Shown in pieces: positions 19,142 to 28,984 of a stretch of DNA of 64,000 bases; within the stretch, counting starts at the first letter, position 1; every line of letters starts with the position of its first letter. Below the pieces are notes generated by a model, which was not told the DNA's origin, searched no databases, and was given only the letters and a program-made list of their open reading frames with translations. The translations under genes were made by a program, and so were the position numbers. The stretch lies in contig CAZHXX010000007.1 of assembly GCA_964536485.1 (NCBI GenBank), positions 1,937 through 65,936 of the forward strand. The letters are read 5' to 3'. The stretch is from an uncultured Candidatus Saccharibacteria bacterium (GTDB lineage: Bacteria > Patescibacteriota > Saccharimonadia > Saccharimonadales > SZUA-47).

Positions 19142-20002
19142 TTAGACGGTTTTTGGCTGGATGCCGGTAGTAGTAATTTGGTATTTATTTTCGGTTTTTT
19201 CTAGTTTTTCCAGGGTGCCTTCGAACCCCATTTGGATATCTTTTTTTGCAACAGTCAGATATCCTTGCATACTTCCCGATGTAGGGAGCGGGAGCCGAAG
19301 TCCATAGTCAGAAGCGAATATTTGAGCATGCTGGGCCACGGGGAGAGCGTTTAGCCCTACTCTGAAATTATTATAGTCTTCTGCTGCTTCTCTCACTTCG
19401 TCGAGGGCGCCGAGGACAATATGCGCCATCATGTTAGTAAAGTTAGCGACACGTATCTCTGAGCCTGACTCTCTTAGCAACGTTCCAAATGCTTGTACCG
19501 ACGGCAGGTCTGTATAGTCGATATCAACGAAGTTTACTTCGGTATCAAGCAGTTTTGCGCGAGAATTTGTATAACGCTCTTGATGAGTTGTGTGATGGTA
19601 CTGCCCGAGGCTTAAAATCTCTTTGTCCTGGGCATCCTGACAGCGCGCTTGCCTTAGTAGCGTGCCTGTCCAACTCATAAAGTCTAAGAGGCTTGGTGCT
19701 TCTCCTACTTGCTTTATAAGCGTGTTCATCCAGCGTAAATGCTCTGGTGAATAGTCTGTAAGATAAATTTGTTCAGGTAGGACTGGCAACATAGAAAGGA
19801 GCGCCCCGTTTCCAACAATTACTGCAACATCACTTTTGCGATATGGCTCATCTGCGGAGCGTTGTGCAAGCTCGTCATAACGAGTATAAAGTGCCATATC
19901 GTTGGAAAAGGGAAAGGCAACACGCGATAAAAGTTTAGCAGGGTCAGGAACAGATAAATCGAGCGGGGAAGCAACCCCGCCCTCGTAACTTAGTGCAATC
20001 AT
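19142..20002 (-). CDS. hypothetical protein
   Basis: ORF 19142-20101. The internal ATG at 20002 (MIALSYEGG) is preferred, because the first 33 codons run through an AT-rich promoter-like region. Confidence 0.5.
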   Translation of the reverse strand: MIALSYEGGVASPLDLSVPDPAKLLSRVAFPFSNDMALYTRYDELAQRSADEPYRKSDVAVIVGNGALLSMLPVLPEQIYLTDYSPEHLRWMNTLIKQVGEAPSLLDFMSWTGTLLRQARCQDAQDKEILSLGQYHHTTHQERYTNSRAKLLDTEVNFVDIDYTDLPSVQAFGTLLRESGSEIRVANFTNMMAHIVLGALDEVREAAEDYNNFRVGLNALPVAQHAQIFASDYGLRLPLPTSGSMQGYLTVAKKDIQMGFEGTLEKLEKTENKYQITTTGIQPKTV

Positions 20003-20102
20003 TATATATATTATATAACAAAATAATAATAGATACAAAAATGTTAAAATCTCACTATGCTTGGGATTGCATAAATTGTAAAATAGTATATAGTATTTCA
20101 TT

Positions 20103-20477
20103 ATGAAATTAGAACAGGCTGTTGCAATAATCCCTTTAGCCCTCCGTGAGTTTCATGAAGCAGGACATAGCCAAGTTTATATTAATCAGCTTGGTAGACG
20201 TGTGATGCAACATGATTTAGAATTTATGGAAAGACGTCGGGCATTGAACGAGAGGCTCAGACGTTTTGGTATCCACAGGAGTGAGCTTCCAGATGGGTTT
20301 AAACATCCGAGGCCCTACATAATGTCTGGTGCATTAAATATCCTGGTAGGCCAAGACATCGTTGAGCTTGTTCCCGATCCTTATCCTGAATCCCCGCTGA
20401 GAATTAGAACAATGTATCGGCTTGCAGGTTTTGTGCCAGCAATTGTTCCGCCAATCCCTAAGCCTGAGATAGCGTAA
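20103..20477 (+). CDS. hypothetical protein
   Basis: 124-aa ORF divergent from 19142-20002. Confidence 0.5.
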   Translation: MKLEQAVAIIPLALREFHEAGHSQVYINQLGRRVMQHDLEFMERRRALNERLRRFGIHRSELPDGFKHPRPYIMSGALNILVGQDIVELVPDPYPESPLRIRTMYRLAGFVPAIVPPIPKPEIA

Positions 20478-20484
20478 TAAAGAT

Positions 20485-20865
20485 ATGACCCAACACGATA
20501 TTGAGCTAAGGGAGTTGAGGCCTAATGGGTCTCGTATGTTTGAGCTTTCTACTGAACATGGCTTTGCTCTACTTAGTCTCAACACGTCGGGGTGGCTTTG
20601 CGTATCAGATATAGAGGTCGCGAAAGGTCATTTACGCGAAGGTATAGGCACAGCACTACTGGCAAGGACCACAGAATTATCGCAGGCACTAGGCGCGTCA
20701 GTAATTTATGCAGGCATAGTTACTAGAGAAGCGGTTGAGCTGTTTACGAAATTTTTTGGAGACTCTGTTTCTGTTGAACAACTAGGAACATTTACTGCAC
20801 CTAACGAAGAGCCAAGAAACGACGCGCGCGCCATGCTTTGGCATGTGCTCCCTAGACAGGAGTAG
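20485..20865 (+). CDS. GNAT-family N-acetyltransferase-like protein
   Basis: Motif A-like HLREGIGTALLARTTELSQALG. Confidence 0.4.
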   Translation: MTQHDIELRELRPNGSRMFELSTEHGFALLSLNTSGWLCVSDIEVAKGHLREGIGTALLARTTELSQALGASVIYAGIVTREAVELFTKFFGDSVSVEQLGTFTAPNEEPRNDARAMLWHVLPRQE

Positions 20866-20938
20866 CGCTCATGCTTGCGTTTTTAGGTTCGCAGTTACCG
20901 AGCAGTAAGTATAGTCGAGACATGTTACTATTTTTGTA

Positions 20939-21511
20939 ATGATGAATGCTATTATTTTGCACGGAAAGCCTGATAGGGAAGAATACTACGACCTGACGAT
21001 GCCAAGCATGAGTAACGCGCACTGGATACCGTGGCTACAGGCACAACTTTTGAAAAAAGATATTTTTGCAGTAACTCCAGAAGTACCGTTTGCATTTGAG
21101 CCAGACTGGGAGCTGTGGTGTAAAGAAGTAGAACGTTTTGAAATTGGACCCGATACAATGATTGTTGGGCATAGCTGTGGCGGGGGTTTTTGGCTACGCT
21201 GGTTGAGTGAGCACAAAGATATTTCAGTTGGGAAAGTTGTCTTGGTGGCGCCTTCACTTGGTTTGAGTTGGGAAGACAAGGGAAAAAAATTCTTTCAGAA
21301 TTTTGTGCTAGACCCTGAGCTTGTAAGTAGAGCTAAAGGGCTCACTATTTTTCACTCTGATGATGATAATGAAAGCATAGTTCAAGCGGTTGAGAAAATA
21401 AGCGCACAAGTACCGGGAATAAAATTTAGGGAATTTCATCTAAAGCATTTCACAATTAATGACCTGAAGACTCCTGAGTTCCCTGAACTTCTTAGTGCGC
21501 TTGTATATTAA
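20939..21511 (+). CDS. alpha/beta hydrolase, YdeN/RBBP9-like (paralogue of 16958-17518)
   Basis: ILHGKP..., GHSCGG elbow, IFHSDDDNES. Confidence 0.5.
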   Translation: MMNAIILHGKPDREEYYDLTMPSMSNAHWIPWLQAQLLKKDIFAVTPEVPFAFEPDWELWCKEVERFEIGPDTMIVGHSCGGGFWLRWLSEHKDISVGKVVLVAPSLGLSWEDKGKKFFQNFVLDPELVSRAKGLTIFHSDDDNESIVQAVEKISAQVPGIKFREFHLKHFTINDLKTPEFPELLSALVY

Positions 21512-21715
21512 ACCTCTGCACCTAGAAAGAAAAAGATTATAAAAAATATGAAATTGTAAATATTAAATAAAAGTGTTATTATATTTTTATGATCTTAGGA
21601 TATGTTAGTGCTAACAACTCACTTCGACAGGACACTGCCGTGTTCTTTGGCTTTACCTCTTTTATCCAGGCGGTTGCTTCTCGAACGTATTAAACGACTT
21701 AAAATAATCACAAGA

Positions 21716-21750
21716 GCGACCGCCAGCAAGAAGCGGTCGTTTTTAATTTT
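21716..21750 (+). terminator. intrinsic terminator in the leader of 21778-22023
   Basis: CGACCGC (21717-21723) pairs with GCGGTCG (21733-21739), followed by TTTTTAATTTT. Confidence 0.5.
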
Positions 21751-21777
21751 GTTAATAATTTTTAGGAGAAAACCATT

Positions 21778-22023
21778 ATGGAAAATGAACCACAAGTAAG
21801 AAATATAAGTGAGATAGGGCAGAGGTTACACATTGCTGAAACAGCTATTGGGCTTGGGAGAAGAACGGTGAGAGAGTTGCTAAAGCAAGAGCTGGTTGAT
21901 GTTGAAGCAGTAGAGGCGACCCGGCAATCTATCCTGCAGGCTAGGCTGCAACGTAACCAGCTAAGGGGAGAGCTTGAAAGAGCACGACCGGCTCCTCCAC
22001 CTCAGGATACGTGGCTACACTAA
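21778..22023 (+). CDS. hypothetical small protein
   Basis: 81-aa ORF with an AGGAGAA RBS 7 nt upstream. Confidence 0.5.
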   Translation: MENEPQVRNISEIGQRLHIAETAIGLGRRTVRELLKQELVDVEAVEATRQSILQARLQRNQLRGELERARPAPPPQDTWLH

Positions 22024-22051
22024 CTAAAGCATAAGGATAATTTGATAGACT

Positions 22052-23077
22052 ATGACTATGAATGAACAAAAAATCATTAGGACAATTTGCGTTTTTGCAC
22101 AAAGCCCAGACAATATGGCAATTGAGAGACTAGAAAAAATAGCTCAAAAACTCGAACAGAATGACTATATGGTGCAAACTAAACGAGTTGCATCGACCAT
22201 CGCGCATATAGACCAGCTTCTTGCGCTCAGTAAGAAGGGGATTGAGTATATAAGTGTGGGCAACATCACGGCTGAGCAGGCAGTTGACTTGTTGCCGACC
22301 TATTACGAGAACAAGGCGCTCACATTTACTATTGAGCTTGCTCAGGAAGAGATATCGCAAAAGCACGTCGATATTTTGCAACAAATAATTGCGCACAATG
22401 CCTCTAAGACATTTAACTTTACCTATACGTTTAACAACGCACCTTCGAGCCCGTACTTTCCGTCTGCACGATATGAAAAAGACGGTTTTGCGATTGGGCT
22501 ACAACCTACGGATTTGTCTGCAGGGTGTAGCACGCTTGAAGAATGGCTCGAGAAGATGAGGCAGGTCTGGCAAGAACTTGCAGATTTGTTTGCAGACGAA
22601 CAAGACTTCTTGGGAATTGACAGCTCGATAGCACCTCTACTTGACGGTAATAGCAGCTTTGTTAGTTTCGTGAAGAGACTTGGATATAGTTTTGAACAAA
22701 CGGTCACTACCGACATGTATACGAGGATTACAAAGTTCATAAAGGAACAAAATCCAAGTCCGGTTGGGCTGTGTGGCATGATGTTGCCGTGCCTGGAGGA
22801 TTTTGAGTTGGCACGAGAATATGAAGTAGGGAATTTTTCTATAGAGCGCAACGTGTTTCTTTCACTTCATTCTGGCTTGGGAATTGACACGTACCCGATA
22901 GGCATTGATGAAAGGCCTGAGCGAATCATAGAAATACTCAAGTTAGTGCAGGCACTATCCAATAAATATCACAAGCCACTTTCTGCGCGCTTTGTTTCTG
23001 ACGGCAAAGCAAGAATTGGGCAAAAAAGTGATTTCCAAAACCCATATCTCGCCGATTGTGTCATTCGTGCTTTGTAG
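22052..23077 (+). CDS. hypothetical protein (weak UPF0210/DUF711-like N-terminus)
   Basis: 341-aa ORF. The only resemblance is the IIRTICVF motif, so the function is not supported. Confidence 0.4.
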   Translation: MTMNEQKIIRTICVFAQSPDNMAIERLEKIAQKLEQNDYMVQTKRVASTIAHIDQLLALSKKGIEYISVGNITAEQAVDLLPTYYENKALTFTIELAQEEISQKHVDILQQIIAHNASKTFNFTYTFNNAPSSPYFPSARYEKDGFAIGLQPTDLSAGCSTLEEWLEKMRQVWQELADLFADEQDFLGIDSSIAPLLDGNSSFVSFVKRLGYSFEQTVTTDMYTRITKFIKEQNPSPVGLCGMMLPCLEDFELAREYEVGNFSIERNVFLSLHSGLGIDTYPIGIDERPERIIEILKLVQALSNKYHKPLSARFVSDGKARIGQKSDFQNPYLADCVIRAL

Positions 23078-23108
23078 TAGTGCTGACCAATAATAGGTAT
23101 ACTTTTTT

Positions 23109-23762
23109 GTGATGAAGAAATATATAACCCGTAGAAACATAGCCTTTGTCATTTTTTGCATGCTTGTAATTTTGTATCTTGGGAGAGGCTGGATTCGTAA
23201 TTCAGCTGTACCTACTTTAGCCACCGAAGTTAACGGTCCAAGTGTTGATAAAGCTTTTGAGAGCAGTGTTATGCCTGTTAAGACAGGCTTAGAGAGAATT
23301 GGCCTAGACTTTGTGGATGAGCTAAAAACAGAGTGTAGCACTGGTTTTTATAGCTGGATAAAAATATCCCTGTCCTGTGGGAGAGGCATATATCATAGTG
23401 ATGGGGGTAGTGGTGGCTTCGGGAAAGCGATTACTGATGAAGCATTTGCGACAAGGTGGAAAAATGAGGCGCCAAAGATACAAGAGACAATGGAACGGAT
23501 TGGATGGAAAGTTGATACTGAAAATAGGTCTGAATACCTTGCGTACGCAAGCAATGATAGGCTTGATCAACTAATTGATAACAGCGAGGATAGGGTTAGT
23601 CTTAGTTTTATTAAAGATGAGGCTGACATTGCTTGTGAATTTTATTTTACTTACTATAGCCCGTATCTAGATATTGACAACGGGAGTAAGTCTTTGCCCG
23701 CTGTGGGCATTAGTTCTTTTTGTGTGAAGGGGGTAGATATCTTTGGTGGCTATCATTTTTGA
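23109..23762 (+). CDS. hypothetical secreted/membrane-anchored protein
   Basis: N-terminal TM/signal IAFVIFCMLVILYLG. Confidence 0.5.
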   Translation: MMKKYITRRNIAFVIFCMLVILYLGRGWIRNSAVPTLATEVNGPSVDKAFESSVMPVKTGLERIGLDFVDELKTECSTGFYSWIKISLSCGRGIYHSDGGSGGFGKAITDEAFATRWKNEAPKIQETMERIGWKVDTENRSEYLAYASNDRLDQLIDNSEDRVSLSFIKDEADIACEFYFTYYSPYLDIDNGSKSLPAVGISSFCVKGVDIFGGYHF

Positions 23763-23794
23763 TTAGTTGCTACGCCAAGAAAGTAAGACATTGC

Positions 23795-24715
23795 TTACTG
23801 AGCTTTTGGAGGCGGTGGGAGTTCACCAAAAGCGGAGGCTTGCTTAGGACGCGCAATGCGTACTTCTGGCACATCGTAGGTTACTTCATTGGTGACTGTA
23901 GCATTTTCTAGCCCATTCATGATTACCCAGGATTCAGATTTTTGACCATTTTTTGTGTATTTTCCGTCTCCACCTTCAATTGCAATAACTCCGTCATAGC
24001 CGCTACTCACTACATATCCTGCAAAGAGGTCGCCCGTTTGCATGAGCACTTCTTTTAAATTACTCGTGTCAAGCTGTGTATAAAATCTGTATGGACCATA
24101 CTCCATAGGTTTACCGTTACCTCGAATGTAAGCAATTTTAGCTTGAACGAGCTGTATGTACGTTGTCGTATGAGAAAGGGGTAATTCTGAATCATTCTGC
24201 GGTTCGCTTTCAATCCACCGTTCCAAGTAATCGGCAAAGTCACTCATAATGGGCATAAGATTTTCTGGCTTACGGAGATCCAAAAAAGAAACATCTTGTA
24301 GTAGAAACTCGTATACAACAGGCGTCTTCGATTCTTCTTGAATTATACCGTCTTTAAGCTCTCTTTGGTCTGGTACGCGTTCGCGTGAATAGCCGAAAGC
24401 AAGTTCTGGTGAGCTCGTAGCATAAAACCCTAACCCAATCGTGTCATCTTCTGCGCGCTCAAACTTAGTAATTCCCTTTGTTGCGCTGCCATGGTACAAA
24501 GTAATCTCGTCGAAATGAATGCTTCGTCCATCTTCACTTACCTCACCCTGTTGTTCAGGCTTGCTATGAGTAATATCTGCATTTAAAGCCCATTCTCCAA
24601 TTAGCTGCCCAACCCTAAATTGCGCTACAGCATCTACATAATCGTGATACTCATGTTCGCCAGCAGGTAGTAAAACAGATTTTAGTGGTGTTTTTGTTTC
24701 GGGCACTGTATACAT
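23795..24715 (-). CDS. hypothetical protein with ADP-ribosyltransferase-like (H-Y-E) signature
   Basis: The ordered motifs LYHGS ... GLGFYATSS ... VVYEF resemble the H-Y-E ART/PARP-like core. Motif-level evidence only. Confidence 0.3.
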   Translation of the reverse strand: MYTVPETKTPLKSVLLPAGEHEYHDYVDAVAQFRVGQLIGEWALNADITHSKPEQQGEVSEDGRSIHFDEITLYHGSATKGITKFERAEDDTIGLGFYATSSPELAFGYSRERVPDQRELKDGIIQEESKTPVVYEFLLQDVSFLDLRKPENLMPIMSDFADYLERWIESEPQNDSELPLSHTTTYIQLVQAKIAYIRGNGKPMEYGPYRFYTQLDTSNLKEVLMQTGDLFAGYVVSSGYDGVIAIEGGDGKYTKNGQKSESWVIMNGLENATVTNEVTYDVPEVRIARPKQASAFGELPPPPKAQ

Positions 24716-24961
24716 ATTGTAGCATATTTAAGACTTTTTGTCTATTCATGCGGTCTTGAATCGCGCTAACTTTTCAGTCAAGGAGGACTGCAGTTGAGCT
24801 GATAGCTCATCGTGGGCCTGTACTGCTTGGGTCAGTTGGGACAACAGCGCTTTTAAGTGCACAACAAGCTAGAACAGCTGAAGTAACCGCGCTTGAACAG
24901 TTGTTCCAGATTTAGCTCACGAAGTTGCTGCGGAGTTCAGAAGCTTGCTAAAAAATTATAA

Positions 24962-25603
24962 ATGTACTTAAATACATCTAGCATAAAAAATAAAAAAATG
25001 ATAATAACCAGAACACAAGACACAATGACTATTAGATCTATTGAACAGGTGAAGCTGTTTATGTCGATTTTGTTTATGTCTTTAGGTATTCTTAGCCTTA
25101 TTTCACCTTTTTTGTTTCGAGATGTGTCAGCCTGGGCATCTTTAATTGGAATTATGGTTCTGTTACCAGTAACCATAATGCTTTTAGAAGTGACTTATAC
25201 TCGGATTGAGTTGCATAAAATTGGACCGTCAAAGGTAACTGTAAAAAATCTTCGACACGAAGATAACTTTGAATTTACTATTTCGGACATGAAGAGCGTG
25301 ATTAAGGAAGAATATGTTGGGTTTCTCGGCAACGGTTCAAATGAACCGAATGACTTACTGATTTTAACTTTCAAAAACCGCGAAAATTTAGAATTAGCGT
25401 CGACAAGAGGGGCAGTGTCTTGGCCAAGATCTTTCCGCCCATATCGTAAAGAAGCAAAACAAATAGCAGAGTTTGCTGGAGTGCAAGTGGAGGTTAAAGA
25501 GATAGATATATTACAGGACATTAAAAGTGTAATTGAGAACACTATCCCTGAAAAAATGCCTGACGACAAATCCGACGGAGTAACTGATATAAAGAACTTA
25601 TAA
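24962..25603 (+). CDS. hypothetical membrane protein
   Basis: Two TM helices near the N-terminus. Start uncertain (24962, 24998 or 25025). Confidence 0.5.
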   Translation: MYLNTSSIKNKKMIITRTQDTMTIRSIEQVKLFMSILFMSLGILSLISPFLFRDVSAWASLIGIMVLLPVTIMLLEVTYTRIELHKIGPSKVTVKNLRHEDNFEFTISDMKSVIKEEYVGFLGNGSNEPNDLLILTFKNRENLELASTRGAVSWPRSFRPYRKEAKQIAEFAGVQVEVKEIDILQDIKSVIENTIPEKMPDDKSDGVTDIKNL

Positions 25604-25735
25604 TTATTAAAAATTTCAAGCAAGTGATTGGTTGCGTTCCAAATCAACGAACGCTATGTGCAGTTCATCAAGCCTTCTGAGCAAAAGAAATAAGAAGCCG
25701 TAATATCTGATTTCTATTTTTGTTATTATTAGCGT

Positions 25736-26548
25736 ATGGATGATTATTTGAAAGAACTTGAGATTGCGAAGCGGCTGGCGAAGGACGCGGGCGTAATTAT
25801 GAACAAATATTTCAGTAGTGGTGCAGACGGTGCACAGATAAAGAATGATAAAACCATCGTTACAAAGGCTGATACTGAAATAAACACGCATGTTATTGCG
25901 GTGTTGGCGACCGAGACACCAAGCTATAGCGTTTGGGGCGAAGAAGAGAAATCAATCAAGCAGGATGTGCCATACACATGGGTGTGTGACCCGGTTGATG
26001 GCACGATGCCGTTTGCTAAGGGGCTACCTATATCTACCTTCTCGGTTGCCTTAGTAGATTCGGAAGGAGTGAGCGTGCTTGGTGTGGTGTATGACCCATT
26101 CACGGACAAGCTGTATGAAGCAGTCCGGGGTAGTGGCGCTTTTATGAATGGCATGCCAATTCGTGTCTCAGATAATGATACGCTCGATGGCGCTTACATT
26201 GACGAAGAACTGTGGTTTAACAATGAGGAGCAGGTAACTTTTGATACCCCCAAAGATGCGCTAAATAAATTGGGTGCGAAAGTAACGACTCAGTGTTCTG
26301 CTGTAATCATGGGATGCATGGTTGCGAGCGGAGCATACGAAGCGATGTTATTTGGACAGGGTAAACCTGAGGATATTGCTGCGCTATCTGTCATAGTGAC
26401 CGAGGCGGGCGGAAAGGTGACGGACCTGTTTGGAAATGAACAAAGGTATGACACGAATATTAGAGGAGCTGTAGTTTCCAACGACTACTTGCACGAAAAG
26501 CTTGTAGAGCTTACGTCAAAAATGAACTACACCAGCAAATACCTCTAA
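25736..26548 (+). CDS. inositol monophosphatase family protein (SuhB-like)
   Basis: WVCDPVDGT metal-binding motif and EE...KSI region, 270 aa. The last 8 codons come from junction repeat A. Confidence 0.8.
   Translation: MDDYLKELEIAKRLAKDAGVIMNKYFSSGADGAQIKNDKTIVTKADTEINTHVIAVLATETPSYSVWGEEEKSIKQDVPYTWVCDPVDGTMPFAKGLPISTFSVALVDSEGVSVLGVVYDPFTDKLYEAVRGSGAFMNGMPIRVSDNDTLDGAYIDEELWFNNEEQVTFDTPKDALNKLGAKVTTQCSAVIMGCMVASGAYEAMLFGQGKPEDIAALSVIVTEAGGKVTDLFGNEQRYDTNIRGAVVSNDYLHEKLVELTSKMNYTSKYL
26517..26544 (+). repeat. cassette-junction direct repeat, copy A
   Basis: AAAATGAACTACACCAGCAAATACCT matches the consensus AAAATGAACNNCACCAGCAAAWAYCT. Confidence 0.7.
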
Positions 26549-26602
26549 ACCCGCATTCTTCTCATGCTTGCTAGTAATAGCTTATGATGGTATTTTCAAG
26601 AG

Positions 26603-27088
26603 ATGAAACACTTAGAGGCATTTTTGGCAATGGAAGGCATGCTAGAAGAAAGGCCTGTTGAAGCTGTGAGACTTGCAACAAGTGCGTTATTGGCAATAAG
26701 TTTTATGCGTAGTGAAACCCCGTTTAAAACAAAAAAAGGTTTGCCAGTGTATGAGCATAAAATACCACTTGAACCTTATAGTGCTAATTTAAGAGTAAAA
26801 CCACATCCTAGTGACTTTTTAAGTCTTGAAAAACCAGAAGAGAGAGTCTTGGCCGCGGATTTACCTGCGTCTCTTACTTATTTTTATAGAAGCTATCTAG
26901 GCGCTTCATTCTCTTTTGAAAGGGACACGGGGATTGTCTCCGTAGAATTTGGCAAGGGGAGTTATTTTAGTTCAACAGGTTCTGCATCTGCGACAGAGCA
27001 AGGAATATGCTCAATTAGGAATATTTGGCAAGACTTACACGCTCCAACAATTATGTATGTACAGCAAGTAGCGAACCAACTCGGTTAG
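26603..27088 (+). CDS. hypothetical protein
   Basis: 161-aa ORF. Confidence 0.5.
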   Translation: MKHLEAFLAMEGMLEERPVEAVRLATSALLAISFMRSETPFKTKKGLPVYEHKIPLEPYSANLRVKPHPSDFLSLEKPEERVLAADLPASLTYFYRSYLGASFSFERDTGIVSVEFGKGSYFSSTGSASATEQGICSIRNIWQDLHAPTIMYVQQVANQLG

Positions 27089-27549
27089 TCTTCTTTTGCT
27101 TTGGCTTCTAGTTCTGCTTCCAGTATCGCTTTTGCTTCTTCAAAAGTGGGGGTTGTACCGACAGTTTTGAAGACTCCGTTGCAGGCTATGCATCTCTTGA
27201 AGCTTGCACAGATGACATCAAACTCTTCTTCTGGGACGCCAAGTTTCATTAATTTAGCAAAGAGTGCGTCTGGGTCAAAGCGGTCTTGCCGATGGTATTC
27301 AGGGCGATCTGTTAGCTCTGCGTCACGCTTAAGACCATTGAGCTCTATGGCAGAATGCGAAAACCCATCTACCAAGTGAAATTGTTGGTCGTTAGCTATA
27401 CGAGGGAGGAAAGGATTTATGTGTGCCGGCATTTCGCAACCATCGCACCCTTCAAGACCGAACTCAGTCCTGCTTGAAAAGATTACTAAAAACCTGTTCT
27501 TTACATCTGGTTCTAAGCGACGTAAATATTCAGTCTCTGGGTCTACCAT
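27085..27549 (-). CDS. hypothetical protein
   Basis: 154-aa ORF with a convergent 4-nt overlap with 26603-27088. Confidence 0.5.
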   Translation of the reverse strand: MVDPETEYLRRLEPDVKNRFLVIFSSRTEFGLEGCDGCEMPAHINPFLPRIANDQQFHLVDGFSHSAIELNGLKRDAELTDRPEYHRQDRFDPDALFAKLMKLGVPEEEFDVICASFKRCIACNGVFKTVGTTPTFEEAKAILEAELEAKAKED

Positions 27550-27605
27550 ACTGTTGGCTATTTAACACTCGATTCATCCCCAAAGCAACCTTAAGCAAGT
27601 TTTCG

Positions 27606-28283
27606 CTACCCAATCATGACTTGCCAGCGTACGGCGTGTCTTATAGTCGGGACTTTGGCTGGTTGCGCGTAGTGGGGCAGAGAGGGTGGCATGATGACAA
27701 GTTTATTAACCGGAATTTCTTCTTTAGATAATTGGTCCGCAACAGCTTCTTTTAGGTGAGTTCTTGGTTCGCCCTGGAAATCCTGCGGAGTTGTTGGTCC
27801 TTGAAGTGTCATCGTTGGCAGAGAGTCACACGCAAAGCCAATAGCTTTTAGCGCTGTCCCATCTTCTCCATTCAAAAATGTTGCTTCAACGTTTGTGCCG
27901 CCCGGGGCTGTGCCGTCTAAGTGAGGAAGCCAAAAAGTACCCACATCGTGTGTGCCTAGTTTGCTATAAAAATGGTCAAAATATATTCGAGCTTGTTCAT
28001 AATTATCCTGTCCAAATATCTCTTCTATCGTTTTACAAAACAAAGCATGAAGAGGTGCGTATGCACTGTTTGAGCCAGCAAAAACAGCTTCCTTACCAGA
28101 AGCTTTAATCGTTCTTTCTCTATCGTCAACAAACGATGTGGCAAGGCCTTGTAAATCGACACTATCAGCAACAACAATGTCTTTTCGGGGCAACGCTAAA
28201 GCCTCAGCGGAGTAAGGGTTGTCTAAAAACTCAGTGAAAATATTATGCGTTGGAGCGGATAAGATATTAGCCATAAAACCCAA
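27606..28283 (-). CDS. hypothetical protein (HxD motif WLPHLDG)
   Basis: 225-aa ORF. The start is probably the ATG at 28274 (MANILS). Confidence 0.5.
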   Translation of the reverse strand: MGFMANILSAPTHNIFTEFLDNPYSAEALALPRKDIVVADSVDLQGLATSFVDDRERTIKASGKEAVFAGSNSAYAPLHALFCKTIEEIFGQDNYEQARIYFDHFYSKLGTHDVGTFWLPHLDGTAPGGTNVEATFLNGEDGTALKAIGFACDSLPTMTLQGPTTPQDFQGEPRTHLKEAVADQLSKEEIPVNKLVIMPPSLPHYAQPAKVPTIRHAVRWQVMIG

Positions 28284-28329
28284 GGATAATAGCTAGACCC
28301 CTAGAAAGCAACCATAAGCAAAACCAGAG

Positions 28330-28364
28330 CTCAGCACCAAAATGAACCCCACCAGCAAAAACCT
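28330..28364 (+). repeat. cassette-junction direct repeat, copy B
   Basis: CTCAGCACCAAAATGAACCCCACCAGCAAAAACCT. Confidence 0.7.
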
Positions 28365-28395
28365 GTTTAAGTCAGGCCATCTCTATATTCTCAAG

Positions 28396-28424
28396 TTGAC
28401 AAAAATAATTTATTGAAGTATAGT
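28396..28424 (+). promoter_or_regulatory. sigma70-type promoter of 28433-28816 (near-leaderless)
   Basis: TTGACA (28396-28401), 17-nt spacer, TATAGT (28419-28424). The ATG lies only 8 nt downstream of the -10. Confidence 0.5.
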
Positions 28425-28432
28425 AATGATTC

Positions 28433-28816
28433 ATGAGTGATACAAATACTTGTTTTGGATGTGAATTCGAGCCAAAAATTGCAGAAATTGGCATGTTTGC
28501 AAGAGTGACACGAGAAATCGTAGAGTTGAAGGTTCCTGGTGTTATCGATGCCACATTGGATGTTGTTATAGAATCAGACAAGGTGGAAGCAAACCCAGCG
28601 GTTGACCAGAAGGTTTCTGGCATAATAGACCTCACCGCACAGATGAGTAGTGTCGCAAATTCGGTTGATACTGAAATTTTAGATGAAATTGATGCTATTT
28701 TGTGTGCAAGAACTTGCACTGAAGAGACCAAAGCGGAGTCGTTATCGGGTTGCCCAAAGCTCGACTTGCTAATGCCCAAAATGTGGGACCTCGCAACCAA
28801 AATCCAACTCCCTTAA
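28433..28816 (+). CDS. hypothetical acidic protein
   Basis: 127-aa ORF that is the only gene between junction repeats B and C. Confidence 0.5.
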   Translation: MSDTNTCFGCEFEPKIAEIGMFARVTREIVELKVPGVIDATLDVVIESDKVEANPAVDQKVSGIIDLTAQMSSVANSVDTEILDEIDAILCARTCTEETKAESLSGCPKLDLLMPKMWDLATKIQLP

Positions 28817-28847
28817 TTAATAATTCGCCAAGGTAATGTAGTAGATA

Positions 28848-28882
28848 CTCACCTCCAAAATGAACCACACCAGCAAATATCT
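28848..28882 (+). repeat. cassette-junction direct repeat, copy C
   Basis: CTCACCTCCAAAATGAACCACACCAGCAAATATCT. Confidence 0.7.
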
Positions 28883-28984
28883 TTAACTCTGCCAAAACTA
28901 AATAACAAAGAATTACAGATGAAAAGGTAAAAAATTATGAGCGTATTGTCTTGACTACGAATAAAATAAGCTAGAATTAATGCG

